Of a stretch of 64,000 nucleotides of DNA, positions 26,685 through 37,179 are shown in pieces. Source of the DNA: an uncultured Rikenellaceae bacterium (lineage in GTDB: Bacteria > Bacteroidota > Bacteroidia > Bacteroidales > VadinHA17); assembly GCA_963802145.1 (NCBI GenBank), contig CAWDHN010000005.1:188023-252022 (forward strand). Direction: 5' to 3'. The position numbers were made by a program, and so were the translations under genes. The notes beneath the pieces are model-generated. The model saw nothing but the letters and a program-made list of their open reading frames with translations, had not been told where the DNA came from and searched no databases. The first letter of the stretch is position 1. Each line of letters begins with the position of its first letter.

Positions 26685-27815
26685 TCAGGTGTTGATCATC
26701 ATCGGCATGAGAAGCATAAGGAGGTCCTCCTCCTCATTGGCAGCCTCGGCAGGAAGGAAGAGACCTGCCCTTGTGGGATCTGCCAGCTCGATGATAACAT
26801 CCTGTGATGCTATATTGGAGAGAATCTCAATAAGGAAGACCGACTTGAACCCTATCTCCATGTCGTCACCCTCATAGAGGCACTTGTGACGTTCATAGGC
26901 CGAGATGGAGAAATCGACATCCTGTGCTGAGACGGTTATCTGGTTGGGGGTGAACTGCAGCTTGACGAGATTGCTGGCCTGGTTCGAGAAGACGGAGACC
27001 CTGCGGAGGATATTATACAACTCCAGCCTGTCTATACGCACCTTCCGGGGGTTGTTCTTCGGGATCACCGAATTGTAGTTCGGGTAGTTGCCCTCCACAA
27101 GACGGCACACAACTTTGTAGTCAGCGAGATTGAAGAATGCATTCCTGTCATCGAACTCCACCGACACCATGCCGCTCTCCCTGGGGAGGATGTTCTTAAG
27201 GAGCGAGGCGGGTTTCTTGGGGAGAATGAAGGAAGCATTGTCATCAGCCTTTGCGTCACTCCTCTGGTATCTCACCAGCTTGTGGGCATCGGATGCCACG
27301 AAGGTCAGCTTCTCGGTGGAGGCCTCAACAAGAATGCCACCCATGACCGGGCGGAGCTCATCGTCAGCAGTGGCGAACAGTGTCCTGGTTATGCCTGACA
27401 GCAGTACATCTGCAGGGACATTGAAGCCAAAACGCTTCTCCTTCTTGATGACAGGCAGCACCGGGAAATCGATCCCGTTCTGGCCTACGATGCTGAAGCG
27501 GCCGTTCTCCGAGTTGATGACCACGGCCATCGTATCGGGATTGATATCAAAGGTCAGGGGCTGTTCGGAGAACTCCTTCAGGGTATCAAGCAGTATCCTG
27601 GCAGGCATTGCGATGGTCCCGCTGCCCGTGATATTGTCAAGCCGCATGCGGGTGATAAGAGTCGACTCAAGGTCGGAAGCCGTTATCTCCAGTTCATTGC
27701 CGCTGATGTTAAACAGGAAATTGTCAAGGATCGGAAGGGTATTCTTCGAACTGATCACCCTGCTTATCGCCTGAAGATGACCCAGCAGGTCTGTACTTGA
27801 TACAACAAATTTCAT
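26685..27815 (-). CDS. dnaN: DNA polymerase III beta sliding clamp
   Basis: LPILDNFLF, ASDLE, RPVMGG, VASDAHKLV, GNYPNYNSVIP and LLMPM. Confidence 0.97.
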   Translation of the reverse strand: MKFVVSSTDLLGHLQAISRVISSKNTLPILDNFLFNISGNELEITASDLESTLITRMRLDNITGSGTIAMPARILLDTLKEFSEQPLTFDINPDTMAVVINSENGRFSIVGQNGIDFPVLPVIKKEKRFGFNVPADVLLSGITRTLFATADDELRPVMGGILVEASTEKLTFVASDAHKLVRYQRSDAKADDNASFILPKKPASLLKNILPRESGMVSVEFDDRNAFFNLADYKVVCRLVEGNYPNYNSVIPKNNPRKVRIDRLELYNILRRVSVFSNQASNLVKLQFTPNQITVSAQDVDFSISAYERHKCLYEGDDMEIGFKSVFLIEILSNIASQDVIIELADPTRAGLFLPAEAANEEEDLLMLLMPMMINT

Positions 27816-27942
27816 ATTGTCATTATTTTAAGTTATCCCGAATTATGTCCATTATAACCGCCAACTCATTGATTTAGTGAATTGTCTGCTTTAAAAGCCG
27901 GTTTATCAATATTACAAAAAAATATCATACCCTCAAAGAAAT

Positions 27943-30345
27943 TTATTTCACTGAAATATAATGCCTTCGCCTGAGGCTGTAATAGGCCACTCCGGCAAGG
28001 ATGATAAGGACCACCGGCACCAGGGTGTTCACAAGCTGCCACATGGTCCGCTGACTCTTTATCCTGGCCTGATCGAGGAGCCTGGGTTTGATCTCCCGCG
28101 AACGCATCTCAATGAGTCCGTTGTCATTTACGAGGTAATTGACACAGTTCACAAGGAAGTCCTTGTTGCCGAAGGTCTGCATGGTATACCTGTCGAGGCC
28201 GAGGGTAAGCGGTTCGGCAACACCCCCTGACCAGCTCACCTCGTTCCTGATGATATCTCCGTCAGCGACGACGATCATCTTAGTAGGCTTGCTCTCAGTC
28301 ACAATCTCCCTGCCTGCGTCGCCCATGATGCTCTCCGTCATCCTGTTAGTGAATACTGACCGGAAGGTACCCTCGAGCAGCACTGCCACCGGCAGCGCAC
28401 CGGCGGTGAACATCTCCTCGGGGAGCATCTCCTCGGCCTCATCGAGCGATATCACCACCGGCGGGGACACTGTGCGCGTCTGGCCTGAGGTTGTAAGCAG
28501 GATACTCTTTTTTATGCCGGGGTCACGTCCAACGGTGTCAACGGTGCCGGCAAACTCCGCCTTGACCCTGTTGAGATTTCGCGTCAGCGGATGCCCTTCC
28601 GAGGGCCGCAATAAAGGGTAGTAAATCCACGGTGAAGGCATATACTGAGCCTCACCCCCGGGGTTGGTCACTTTCAGCGGGATGAGCAGGCATTCTGCAT
28701 CCTGGACGATGACAGGGTTGATCCTGGCCCCGTACCTGAAGAGCATGTCGCTGAAGGTCAGGGGCGCATAGAGTGCCACCGTCGATCCGGCGGTGAGGCT
28801 GTCGGCGTTCACTGCCACCTCCTCGGCCAGCCATAGCACCCGGCCTCCGTTCATGATGTACTGGTCTATGATAAACTTATCCTTCTCATCAAACGGCTTG
28901 TCCGGTGCTGCAATGATGATGGCCGCATAATGATCTATGATGCCCGGCCTGCCTCCTATGACCCCCCGGTCGATGTTGAAGAATTTTGCCAGTTCAAGGG
29001 TAAGGTCGGCAACATAGACCTCCTCAAGCTCGCCATGGCCCTCGATGAATGCCACCGTATGTATTGTGTCAGCCGTTGCCGTGGCAATGGCCTGTATGAT
29101 CTCATATTCAAGCCCTTCCGTTGAATGGAGGAGGTTGGTCTCTGCAGGCAGTGACGGGTTGTTCCTCAGGAAATTGACAGGTATGACCGTCTCGCCGCTG
29201 GTGACGGTGAGCGACGGGAAGATGCGTTTCTGTGTTCTGCCTCCCTCGCCGTCGGAAGCCATGACATTGACCGGCATCAGTCCTCGGCTCACGAGGTCGC
29301 TGTGAAACTTCTCCCGTTCAGCGCGGTCAGATGACCCTGAGGGGTTGATAAAGTCGTACGAGATCTTCCTGCCGGAGATGATGCGGAACTCATCAAGATA
29401 CTGTCCGGCGCTGCGTCGCAGCTTCCTGAAGCCGACGGGCATCTCGCCGTCGAGGAAAACATCCACCTGAACATCCCTGTCCAGTTCCTTCAATATCTTC
29501 CTTGTGGGTTCAGCAAGGGTGAAACGCCTGTCTTCAGTGAGATCGATCCTGATATGGAAGAGAGAGATGATTATGGTGGCGGCTGCCACGGCAGCTATTA
29601 CTGAGAGCGGTTTCTTCAGGGAGCTGCGGCGGAGTGATATCCGTGCTGCCTCGTTGAAGAGCACCGTCACAAATATGAAATAGGCCACGTCGCGTATGTC
29701 GAGCACTCCCCTGCTGATCGACTTGTAATGCTCGTTGATACCCATCGCGGATACCTCCTCACCTATTGACGACAGGCCCGGCAGCAGGGAGAGAGAGTCA
29801 AACCCGGTGAACATTATGAATGAGATCACGGCAGCCAGGATAAAGGCAATTACCTGGTTGCCCGTCAGTGACGAGGCAAAGAGGCCGATGGCGGAATAGA
29901 CGGCTGCCAGCATCATCAGTCCGATGAATGATCCTGCGGTGCCTCCCCTGTCGAGATTGCCGGGTGTCTCTCCCAGGATCCATACGGAGATGACGAACAC
30001 GATGCACGGCAAAAGCGCAAGAGCGACCAGTGCCACTGAAGAGAGGAACTTACCGTAGATAACGGCACCGTCGCTCACCGGGCGCGACCATAGCAGTTCC
30101 ATGGTCCCCGACCGTCGCTCTTCCGAAAAAAGCCTCATGGTGACGGCAGGCACAAGGAAGAGAAATATCCAGGGGGAGAGGACAAACAGCGTGTCGAGAC
30201 CTGCATACCCGCTGTCGAGCAGGTTCCACTGGCCGGGCATGATCCACATGATCAGGCTGTTTGCCAGGAGGAAGACGATCATGACAATGTAGCCTGTGAG
30301 CGAGCTGAAAAATCCTGCTACCTCTTTTCGTAAGAGAGTGAACAT
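27943..30345 (-). CDS. gldG: Fused GldF (ABC-2 permease) - GldG (ABC accessory/periplasmic) protein
   Basis: The N-terminal ~240 aa are GldF-like (RKEVAGFFSS, TMRLFSEERRSGTMELL, NQVIAF). The rest is GldG-like (DLTEDRRFTL, FIEGHGEL, IDQYIMNGG, VVADGD, FLVNCVNYL). The gene lies upstream of dnaN. Confidence 0.85.
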   Translation of the reverse strand: MFTLLRKEVAGFFSSLTGYIVMIVFLLANSLIMWIMPGQWNLLDSGYAGLDTLFVLSPWIFLFLVPAVTMRLFSEERRSGTMELLWSRPVSDGAVIYGKFLSSVALVALALLPCIVFVISVWILGETPGNLDRGGTAGSFIGLMMLAAVYSAIGLFASSLTGNQVIAFILAAVISFIMFTGFDSLSLLPGLSSIGEEVSAMGINEHYKSISRGVLDIRDVAYFIFVTVLFNEAARISLRRSSLKKPLSVIAAVAAATIIISLFHIRIDLTEDRRFTLAEPTRKILKELDRDVQVDVFLDGEMPVGFRKLRRSAGQYLDEFRIISGRKISYDFINPSGSSDRAEREKFHSDLVSRGLMPVNVMASDGEGGRTQKRIFPSLTVTSGETVIPVNFLRNNPSLPAETNLLHSTEGLEYEIIQAIATATADTIHTVAFIEGHGELEEVYVADLTLELAKFFNIDRGVIGGRPGIIDHYAAIIIAAPDKPFDEKDKFIIDQYIMNGGRVLWLAEEVAVNADSLTAGSTVALYAPLTFSDMLFRYGARINPVIVQDAECLLIPLKVTNPGGEAQYMPSPWIYYPLLRPSEGHPLTRNLNRVKAEFAGTVDTVGRDPGIKKSILLTTSGQTRTVSPPVVISLDEAEEMLPEEMFTAGALPVAVLLEGTFRSVFTNRMTESIMGDAGREIVTESKPTKMIVVADGDIIRNEVSWSGGVAEPLTLGLDRYTMQTFGNKDFLVNCVNYLVNDNGLIEMRSREIKPRLLDQARIKSQRTMWQLVNTLVPVVLIILAGVAYYSLRRRHYISVK

Positions 30346-30378
30346 ATATTCAAGTTTGTGTAAAAATATCCAAAAGTT

Positions 30379-31531
30379 TCAAGGCCTCACCGGCCTGCGT
30401 GCATTTTTGATGTCAGTTATCGTGGTTCCCGGATAATAAAATCCGGTAATGTTTTCATAGGTGACCTTCTTCTCCGCCATGGCCTTCGCGCCATCCTGGC
30501 ACAGTCCCACTCCATGCCCGTATCCCCTTCCGTTTACCGTCAGGCTATCGCCCGCCGGGGTGAGGGTAAAGTATGCCGACCGGAGCCCGAAGCGCACCCT
30601 TATCTCCTCGCTGGTTATCGTTTTCCCCGGGACCGGGCGGTTCATCATCCTGACCGGCTTGCTTCCGGAGGGCACATATAGTGCAGCCTCCGCTCCGGGT
30701 GCGATGCCCTTGGACTTCAGAAAAGCGTTCCATTCTTCCATCGACAGGTTCTTCTTCCACACTGACGATGCCGAGTATCCGCACCACGGGTCAGTGACGC
30801 TGACAAGGTAGGGGTATCCTGCCAGCCATACATCAGCCGATGAGGCGGTCACACCGCCGCAGTTGCCGTGAAACGCCGCCACAATGAGCATGCTGTCGCG
30901 GTCAATGACCACCTGCCCTGCCGTTGAATGGCAGGCATCGATAATCGGCATCTCGCTGATAATTCCTGGATAGACCTGGCAGTGGATGTCATCACAGAGA
31001 TTGTAGCCGTCGAGCTCATGCCTGTCTATATTCCGGTACACATATGAGCGTGCAACCACAGCCTGAGCACGGAAGTAATCCGGCGGACCGTATTTTCCTG
31101 CCTCGGCCCGCACAACACCGGGCAGATAGCTCTCTATTGAGGTGAGGTTGAGTATCTGCAGTGATCCGGGGAACGACTTAACCTTCAGCACGCCGTCAAG
31201 GGTCTTTACGGCCTCGTCTCTTCCCGGCGCCCGTACCCTGAAGAGGGACTTGTCATCGACAGGCGTAAATGTAAGTGAGTCAGCCACACCCGATCTGCCG
31301 GAGAGGGTCATGTACATCACCCTCCCGTCATGGCGTGTGACGGCAACGGTTTCGCCGGCAACCACTCTTATATTTCCTGACAAACCGTCGCTTAGACAGG
31401 TATTCTCCCCGGTCAGGGGTAAACACCACGGTAAGGGGCCTGGTACGGGCAAATATCCGTATTGAGACCTCACTACTGGCACTCAGGGGAATAAGCGCAA
31501 TCAATATGGTTATGAATGCCTTTATTATCAT
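30379..31531 (-). pseudogene. SpoIID/LytB-domain lytic transglycosylase-like protein, split by a +1 frameshift at about 31396 (possibly a sequencing error)
   Basis: The signal peptide is in ORF 31328-31531. The catalytic part (YLPGVVRAE, AQAVVARSY, CQVY, GYGHGVGLCQDGA) is in ORF 30379-31482. Removing one base gives 383 aa. Confidence 0.85.
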
Positions 31532-32661
31532 TTTGCCTGCGGTTCCTTCAGGTTCCTTACCATATCCTCTGCAACCCTCGACGAGGCTCCCCTGCCACCC
31601 AGAATGCCGCGGAGCTCATGGTAGTCTCTCCTGATTATTTCATGCCTGTACCCGGTTACGATTATCTCCAGGAGCTCAGAGTGAAGCCTGGCCTGGTTCA
31701 GGTCGTCCTGTATCAGTTCCCTGACAACCTCCCTGTCCATTATCAGGTTGACAAGGGAGAGAAACCGCACCCTTACAAATCGTTTCGCAAGCGTATATGT
31801 CAGTGAGCTGGTCCTGTAGCATACCACCTGCGGCACATCGAAAAGTGCGGCCTCGAGGGTGGCTGTGCCTGACGTCACCAGCGCTGCCTCCGCAACTGAC
31901 AGGAGATCGTATGTTTTCCCGTTAATCACCCTGACAGGATCCGATCCGATTATTTCCTTATACAACCCTGCAGGCAGGTGATCCATCGCCGCAACCACGA
32001 ACTGGTAATCAGGAAAGCCTCCCGCCACACTGACCATCGGCGGCAGTATCTTACTGACCTCCTGGAGCCTGCTTCCCGCCAGGAGGGCGATAACAGGCCT
32101 TTTGTCAAGGCCGAGAGAGGCTTTGACGGTATCACGGCCCGGAGCAGAACTGCGCCATGCCTCAACATGGTCCAGGAGCGGGTTTCCGAGGTAGGTGACA
32201 CCGTAATCGTGACGCTTGTAGAACTCCTGTTCAAAAGGGAAGATCACATACAGTCTGTCGACGAAACTCTTTATCTGGCTGACCCTCCCCTCACGCCATG
32301 CCCATAGTTTCGGCGATATATAATAGAATACCCTGATACCCAGTTGTTTCGCCCAACGGGCTATCCTCAGGTTAAAACCGGGGTAATCGATAAGGATCAC
32401 CACATCGGGTCTCATCTCTGCAATCTGACTGTGGCACTCGCGGAAGTTGGCTTTTATCCGGCGGATATTCACAAGCACCTCCCAGCCCCCCATGAAGGCC
32501 GTCTCGCGGTAGTGCTTCAGCAGCCTGCCTCCCGCCTCTCTCATGAGGTCACCCCCCCAGCATGCTATGTCGGCTGCCGGGTCAGCCATGATCAGGTTTC
32601 TGACGAGGTTCGAACCGTGAAGATCGCCTGACGGCTCTCCGGCTATGATAAAATACTTCAT
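31528..32661 (-). CDS. lpxB: Lipid-A-disaccharide synthase
   Basis: IAGEPSGDLHG, IDYPGFNLR, SPKLWAWR, LLAGSR and VTSGTATLE. Confidence 0.97.
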   Translation of the reverse strand: MKYFIIAGEPSGDLHGSNLVRNLIMADPAADIACWGGDLMREAGGRLLKHYRETAFMGGWEVLVNIRRIKANFRECHSQIAEMRPDVVILIDYPGFNLRIARWAKQLGIRVFYYISPKLWAWREGRVSQIKSFVDRLYVIFPFEQEFYKRHDYGVTYLGNPLLDHVEAWRSSAPGRDTVKASLGLDKRPVIALLAGSRLQEVSKILPPMVSVAGGFPDYQFVVAAMDHLPAGLYKEIIGSDPVRVINGKTYDLLSVAEAALVTSGTATLEAALFDVPQVVCYRTSSLTYTLAKRFVRVRFLSLVNLIMDREVVRELIQDDLNQARLHSELLEIIVTGYRHEIIRRDYHELRGILGGRGASSRVAEDMVRNLKEPQAK

Positions 32662-32662
32662 C

Positions 32663-32959
32663 CTAGAGCAGCTTTATGCCGAAAACGACGAAGGCCCAGA
32701 CAATGGTAACGCCCAGTACGCCTTTGGAGGCCCTCAGCATATCAAAACGATTGAACAGAAGGAAAATCAAAATGTTGGCAAAGACTGAGACACTCATTAC
32801 CTCGGTTACATTATCAGCTTCGATCATCCTGCGGATGTAAGGTTCCAGGGTCAGGCCGTGCCTGGTCACAAGGAAGAAGATGAAAAAGGCCGCCACCGGG
32901 ATAACGATGCCCGAGATGACTCCTGTCAGGGCGTTATTGTACTTTTGTCTGAAATCCAT
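32663..32959 (-). CDS. Small hypothetical membrane protein
   Basis: Three hydrophobic segments; tightly packed between surE and lpxB with 1-nt gaps. Confidence 0.75.
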   Translation of the reverse strand: MDFRQKYNNALTGVISGIVIPVAAFFIFFLVTRHGLTLEPYIRRMIEADNVTEVMSVSVFANILIFLLFNRFDMLRASKGVLGVTIVWAFVVFGIKLL

Positions 32960-32960
32960 T

Positions 32961-33737
32961 TCAGAATTTCGTTTTGAGAATGCCGATGAAATTGTGGGCA
33001 GTCATGTCAGTGGTAACCGGCACAACGGAGACATAGCCATTATGGATTGCCCATTCATCGGTATCAGTCGATTCCGGCTCATGGTTTATAAATCTGCCCG
33101 TCAGCCAGTAGTAAGTCTTGCCTGCCGGGTCTTTTCTCTTCTCGAACTCCTCCTGCCAGCTACCCATTGCCTGGCGTGCCACCACCATTCCTTTTATCTC
33201 ACGTGCGGTCAGTGCCGGGATGTTGACGTTCAGGCATATACCGTCAGGGAGAGGCTCGCGAAGGAGCTGGCTGCACACTTTCCGTATGTACTCTTCGCAT
33301 ACCGAGAAATCGGCTGTTGCTGAGTAACTGTTAAGGGAGAACCCCACCGAGGTGATTTTGTAGAGGCACCCCTCCAGGGCTGCTGCCATTGTTCCCGAAT
33401 AGAGAACGCTGGCGGAGGCATTTGACCCGTGGTTAATGCCCGAGACTATCAGGTCAGGCCTGCGTTCCAGGAGCTGGTTTACGGCCAGTTTCACTCCGTC
33501 AGTGGGTGTGCCGCTGCATGCATAGACGCGCTTCTCTTCATCCTCCTCAAGCAGCTTGACCCTCAGGGGATGCTTGACGGTGAGTGCCTGTGACATCCCG
33601 CTCCGGCTCTCCGTGGCCGATATGACCACCAGCTTACCGAACTCCTTCATTATGCTGATGAGCGTCCTGAGGCCGGCAGCATACAGGCCGTCGTCATTGG
33701 TTATGAGTATCAGCTTGTCTTTATCCTCTACTTTCAT
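32961..33737 (-). CDS. surE: 5'/3'-nucleotidase SurE
   Basis: LITNDDG, GTPTDGV, VSGINHGSN and YSGTMAAA. Confidence 0.96.
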   Translation of the reverse strand: MKVEDKDKLILITNDDGLYAAGLRTLISIMKEFGKLVVISATESRSGMSQALTVKHPLRVKLLEEDEEKRVYACSGTPTDGVKLAVNQLLERRPDLIVSGINHGSNASASVLYSGTMAAALEGCLYKITSVGFSLNSYSATADFSVCEEYIRKVCSQLLREPLPDGICLNVNIPALTAREIKGMVVARQAMGSWQEEFEKRKDPAGKTYYWLTGRFINHEPESTDTDEWAIHNGYVSVVPVTTDMTAHNFIGILKTKF

Positions 33738-33756
33738 GTGGCAATTTGTTGACGTG

Positions 33757-33764
33757 CAAATATA
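33757..33764 (-). promoter_or_regulatory. Bacteroidota -7 element (TATATTTG) for surE-lpxB
   Basis: Exact match on the minus strand 19 nt upstream of the ATG. Confidence 0.55.
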
Positions 33765-33820
33765 ACGATAATGATCATCCGATTAATAAAGCGGGTATGA
33801 TGCCTCTAACCTTTTTTCCT

Positions 33821-33828
33821 TACTTTTG
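33821..33828 (+). promoter_or_regulatory. Bacteroidota -7 element (TACTTTTG) for pheT
   Basis: Exact match 31 nt upstream of the ATG. Confidence 0.55.
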
Positions 33829-33859
33829 CATGTTATAAAAAACAGATAATTATACCACG

Positions 33860-36310
33860 ATGAAGATTTCTTATAACTGGCTCAGGGAGTATCTTAACTT
33901 CGATGCGGGAGTTGAGGAGTTGTCGGCAATACTTACGGGCCTGGGACTGGAGGTGGAGGGTGTTGAGGAGTGGGTCTCCGTCAGGGGAGGCATGAAGGGT
34001 ATTGTTGTCGGCAGGGTTCTCACATGTGAACGCCACCCTGATGCGGACAGGCTGAGTGTCACCACCGTTGACGCCGGGGGGACCGAACCGCTGCATATCG
34101 TCTGCGGTGCTCCCAATGTTGCTGCCGGGCAGCTTGTTCCGGTTGCGCTACCGGGCACGATGGTCTTCCATGGCACAGAACAGTTCGAGATAAAGCGCTC
34201 AAAGATCCGCGGTCAGCTCTCGGAGGGAATGATCCTTGCTGAGGATGAGCTGGGCATCGGCACCGACCATGAGGGTATCATCGTCCTCGACAGCTCGGCC
34301 AGGGTCGGGTCACCTGCCTCAGAATACTTCGGAGTGACCAGTGATACAGTCTTCGAGATAGGGCTGACACCCAACCGCATAGACTGCAGCTCGCATTACG
34401 GCGTAGCCCGTGACCTGGCAGCATTCTTCAACCTGCAGAAACCGGTCAGGGCAACTCTCCCCCCGGTAACATCCTTCAAAAAGGAGAGGGCTGACGGAGC
34501 CATCAGCGTCACCGTTGAGGCGGAGGATGCCTGCATAAGATACTCAGGCCTGACAATAAGGGGAATAACCGTGGGCCCATCGCCTGCCTGGCTGCAGAAC
34601 AGGCTCAGGGCAATCGGACTGAATCCCATCAACAATGTAGTTGATATAACCAACTTCGTTCTGCATGAGACGGGACAGCCGCTGCATGCCTTCGATGCTG
34701 CAGCCATCACCGGCAACAGGGTGATCATAAGGAGGCTTCCTGAGAAGACGAAATTTGTAACCCTCGACGGCGTTGAGCGAGAGCTCTCCTCCTCAGACCT
34801 GATGATCTGCAATGAGAAGGAAGGGATGTGCATCGCCGGTGTTTTCGGCGGACTGAGTTCAGGCGTAACGGGCTCCACCACCGATCTCTTCCTCGAGAGC
34901 GCCACCTTCAGCCCGGTGTCAGTGCGTCGTACGTCGCGCCGGCATGACCTGCACACTGATGCCTCGTACAGGTTCGAGAGAGGCACTGATCCGGAGATGA
35001 CAATCTATGCCCTCAGGAGGGCAGCCCTGCTGGTCAGGGAACTGGCCGGAGGTGAGATAACCGGCGATATAATGGATGTTTATCCTGCACCGGTCGGCAA
35101 AGCAGTGGTCAGATATTCGCTTGACCGGATGGCCCGGCTTATCGGAAAGGATATACCTGTCGAAACGGTAAAGACCATCCTCTACAGCCTCGACATACAG
35201 ATCACCGACGAGACACCTGACCTCCTGACCCTCGCCATCCCCTCCTACAGGGTTGATGTGACACGCGAAGCTGACGTCACGGAGGAGGTTCTCAGGATCT
35301 ATGGTTATGACAATATAGGCATCAGCAGCGAAATGCATTCAATGCTTTCACACCCTGACAAGCCGGACCGCGAGAAGGTGGAGGCCAATATGGCAGAACT
35401 GCTTACCGGGAACGGATTCTCAGAAATAATGTGCAACTCGCTGGTACCGGCAGCATGGTTTGAGACCACCGGCGATTTTGACGCTGGGTCAATGGTGAGG
35501 CTGGCCAACCCCCTGAGCAGCGACCTCAATGTCATGCGAATGTCACTCCTGCCAGGCATGCTGAGCACCATATCCAGGAACATAAACAGGCAGAACGGCG
35601 ACCTGAGGTTGTTTGAGCTCGGTTATTCCTACAGCAGAAAACCCGGCAGGGGAACGATGGAGATCACTGACAACTACAGCGAGAGGCCGTTCCTTGCGCT
35701 GGCCGTTACAGGCAACATCAACGAAAAGAGATGGAATGCAGCGGAGACCCCGTCAGGTTTCTTTCACATAAAGGGATATACCGAACTCGTTCTCTCCCGC
35801 TTCGGCATAAATGGGAGGGAGATCACATCAGCCCCTGAGAGCGCAGGATGGTTCGCTGAAGGGATGAGGTACAGTGCAGGAGGATCAGATGTGGCATCAT
35901 TCGGCCGGGTCTCGAAGAAATACCTTGCTATGTTCGACATTAAGCAGGAGGTGTGGTACGGTGAGATCAACCGGGAAAACATCATACGAATAATCAAGGA
36001 GAGAAAGATCCGGTTCAGCGAGCTGCCGAAGTACCCATGGGTACGCCGCGATCTCGCGCTCCTGCTCGATAAATCAGTAATGTTCAGCCAGATACGTGAT
36101 ATCGCCTTTAAGACTGAACGTCATATTCTGAAGGAGGTCGACCTCTTTGACGTTTATGAAAGTGAGGCTATGGGCAAGGATAAAAAGTCATACGCCGTGA
36201 GCTTCATACTGATGGATGAGAGGCAGACCCTCACCGAGAAGAACATTGAAAAGGTAATGGGTGCTTTCATTAAAGCCTTTGAGCGGGAGCTCGGGGCAAC
36301 TCTGAGATGA
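33860..36310 (+). CDS. pheT: Phenylalanine-tRNA ligase beta subunit
   Basis: MKISYNWL, HPDADRL, VCGAPNV, TPNR.DC, FERGTD and the C-terminal RRDLALL/KSYA anticodon-binding domain. Confidence 0.97.
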   Translation: MKISYNWLREYLNFDAGVEELSAILTGLGLEVEGVEEWVSVRGGMKGIVVGRVLTCERHPDADRLSVTTVDAGGTEPLHIVCGAPNVAAGQLVPVALPGTMVFHGTEQFEIKRSKIRGQLSEGMILAEDELGIGTDHEGIIVLDSSARVGSPASEYFGVTSDTVFEIGLTPNRIDCSSHYGVARDLAAFFNLQKPVRATLPPVTSFKKERADGAISVTVEAEDACIRYSGLTIRGITVGPSPAWLQNRLRAIGLNPINNVVDITNFVLHETGQPLHAFDAAAITGNRVIIRRLPEKTKFVTLDGVERELSSSDLMICNEKEGMCIAGVFGGLSSGVTGSTTDLFLESATFSPVSVRRTSRRHDLHTDASYRFERGTDPEMTIYALRRAALLVRELAGGEITGDIMDVYPAPVGKAVVRYSLDRMARLIGKDIPVETVKTILYSLDIQITDETPDLLTLAIPSYRVDVTREADVTEEVLRIYGYDNIGISSEMHSMLSHPDKPDREKVEANMAELLTGNGFSEIMCNSLVPAAWFETTGDFDAGSMVRLANPLSSDLNVMRMSLLPGMLSTISRNINRQNGDLRLFELGYSYSRKPGRGTMEITDNYSERPFLALAVTGNINEKRWNAAETPSGFFHIKGYTELVLSRFGINGREITSAPESAGWFAEGMRYSAGGSDVASFGRVSKKYLAMFDIKQEVWYGEINRENIIRIIKERKIRFSELPKYPWVRRDLALLLDKSVMFSQIRDIAFKTERHILKEVDLFDVYESEAMGKDKKSYAVSFILMDERQTLTEKNIEKVMGAFIKAFERELGATLR

Positions 36311-37179
36311 AGAAGCTGTTTGACAGTGCAGGCAAATACCTCTCGCTTGTCAGGTTCAGTCACACTGTCTTCGCGATGCCGTTCGCCCTTGTGGGTTATT
36401 TCCTCGGTGCCACCAATCCCGGTCTCGGTTTCAGTTTGAGGACATTCCTTCTTATGCTCGCCTGCATGGTTTTTGCGCGCAGTGCAGCCATGGCCTTCAA
36501 CAGGTATGCCGACGTACGCTTTGACAGCCTTAACCCCAGAACCGCAGGACGGGAGATACCGTCAGGAAAGATATCGCAGCGCAACGCCCTGGCTTTTGTC
36601 ATAGCGAGTTCACTGCTTTTCATGGCAGCAGCAGCCTTCCTGAACAGGCTGACCCTCATCCTCTCGCCTCTGGCGCTGATCATCATACTCGGCTACAGTT
36701 ACACCAAGAGGTTTACCCCCCTCTGTCACCTGGTGCTGGGTCTGGGGCTGAGTCTTGCCCCCATAGGAGCCTATATTGCCGTCACCGGCACATTCGCACT
36801 CCTCCCGCTGATCTATTCGTTTATAGTGCTTACCTGGGTCAGCGGGTTTGACATCATCTACGCACTTCAGGATGATCAGTTCGACCGTGATGCCGGACTC
36901 TATTCCATCCCCGCGGTGATGTCAAGGAAAGAAGCCCTGGCGGTCTCGGTGGCGCTGCATGCGGTCTCGTTCATGCTCGTGTCAGCGGCAGGGATCATAG
37001 GGCAGTCGGGCCTCATTTACTGGGCCGGTGCGCTGATATTTACAGGAATGCTGACATACCAGCACATGATTGTGAAGCCGGATGATCTCAGCAGGGTAAA
37101 TATGGCCTTCGGAACCACAAACGGGGTGGCGGGCGTAATCTTCGGACTGGCAGTTATACTGGATATTCTGCTCTTCTAG
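36307..37179 (+). CDS. UbiA-family prenyltransferase (4-hydroxybenzoate octaprenyltransferase-like / MqnP-like)
   Basis: FSHTVFAMPFA, ARSAAMAFNRYAD..D..NPRT..REIP, YSYTKR and GFDIIYALQD. Confidence 0.88.
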   Translation: MKKLFDSAGKYLSLVRFSHTVFAMPFALVGYFLGATNPGLGFSLRTFLLMLACMVFARSAAMAFNRYADVRFDSLNPRTAGREIPSGKISQRNALAFVIASSLLFMAAAAFLNRLTLILSPLALIIILGYSYTKRFTPLCHLVLGLGLSLAPIGAYIAVTGTFALLPLIYSFIVLTWVSGFDIIYALQDDQFDRDAGLYSIPAVMSRKEALAVSVALHAVSFMLVSAAGIIGQSGLIYWAGALIFTGMLTYQHMIVKPDDLSRVNMAFGTTNGVAGVIFGLAVILDILLF

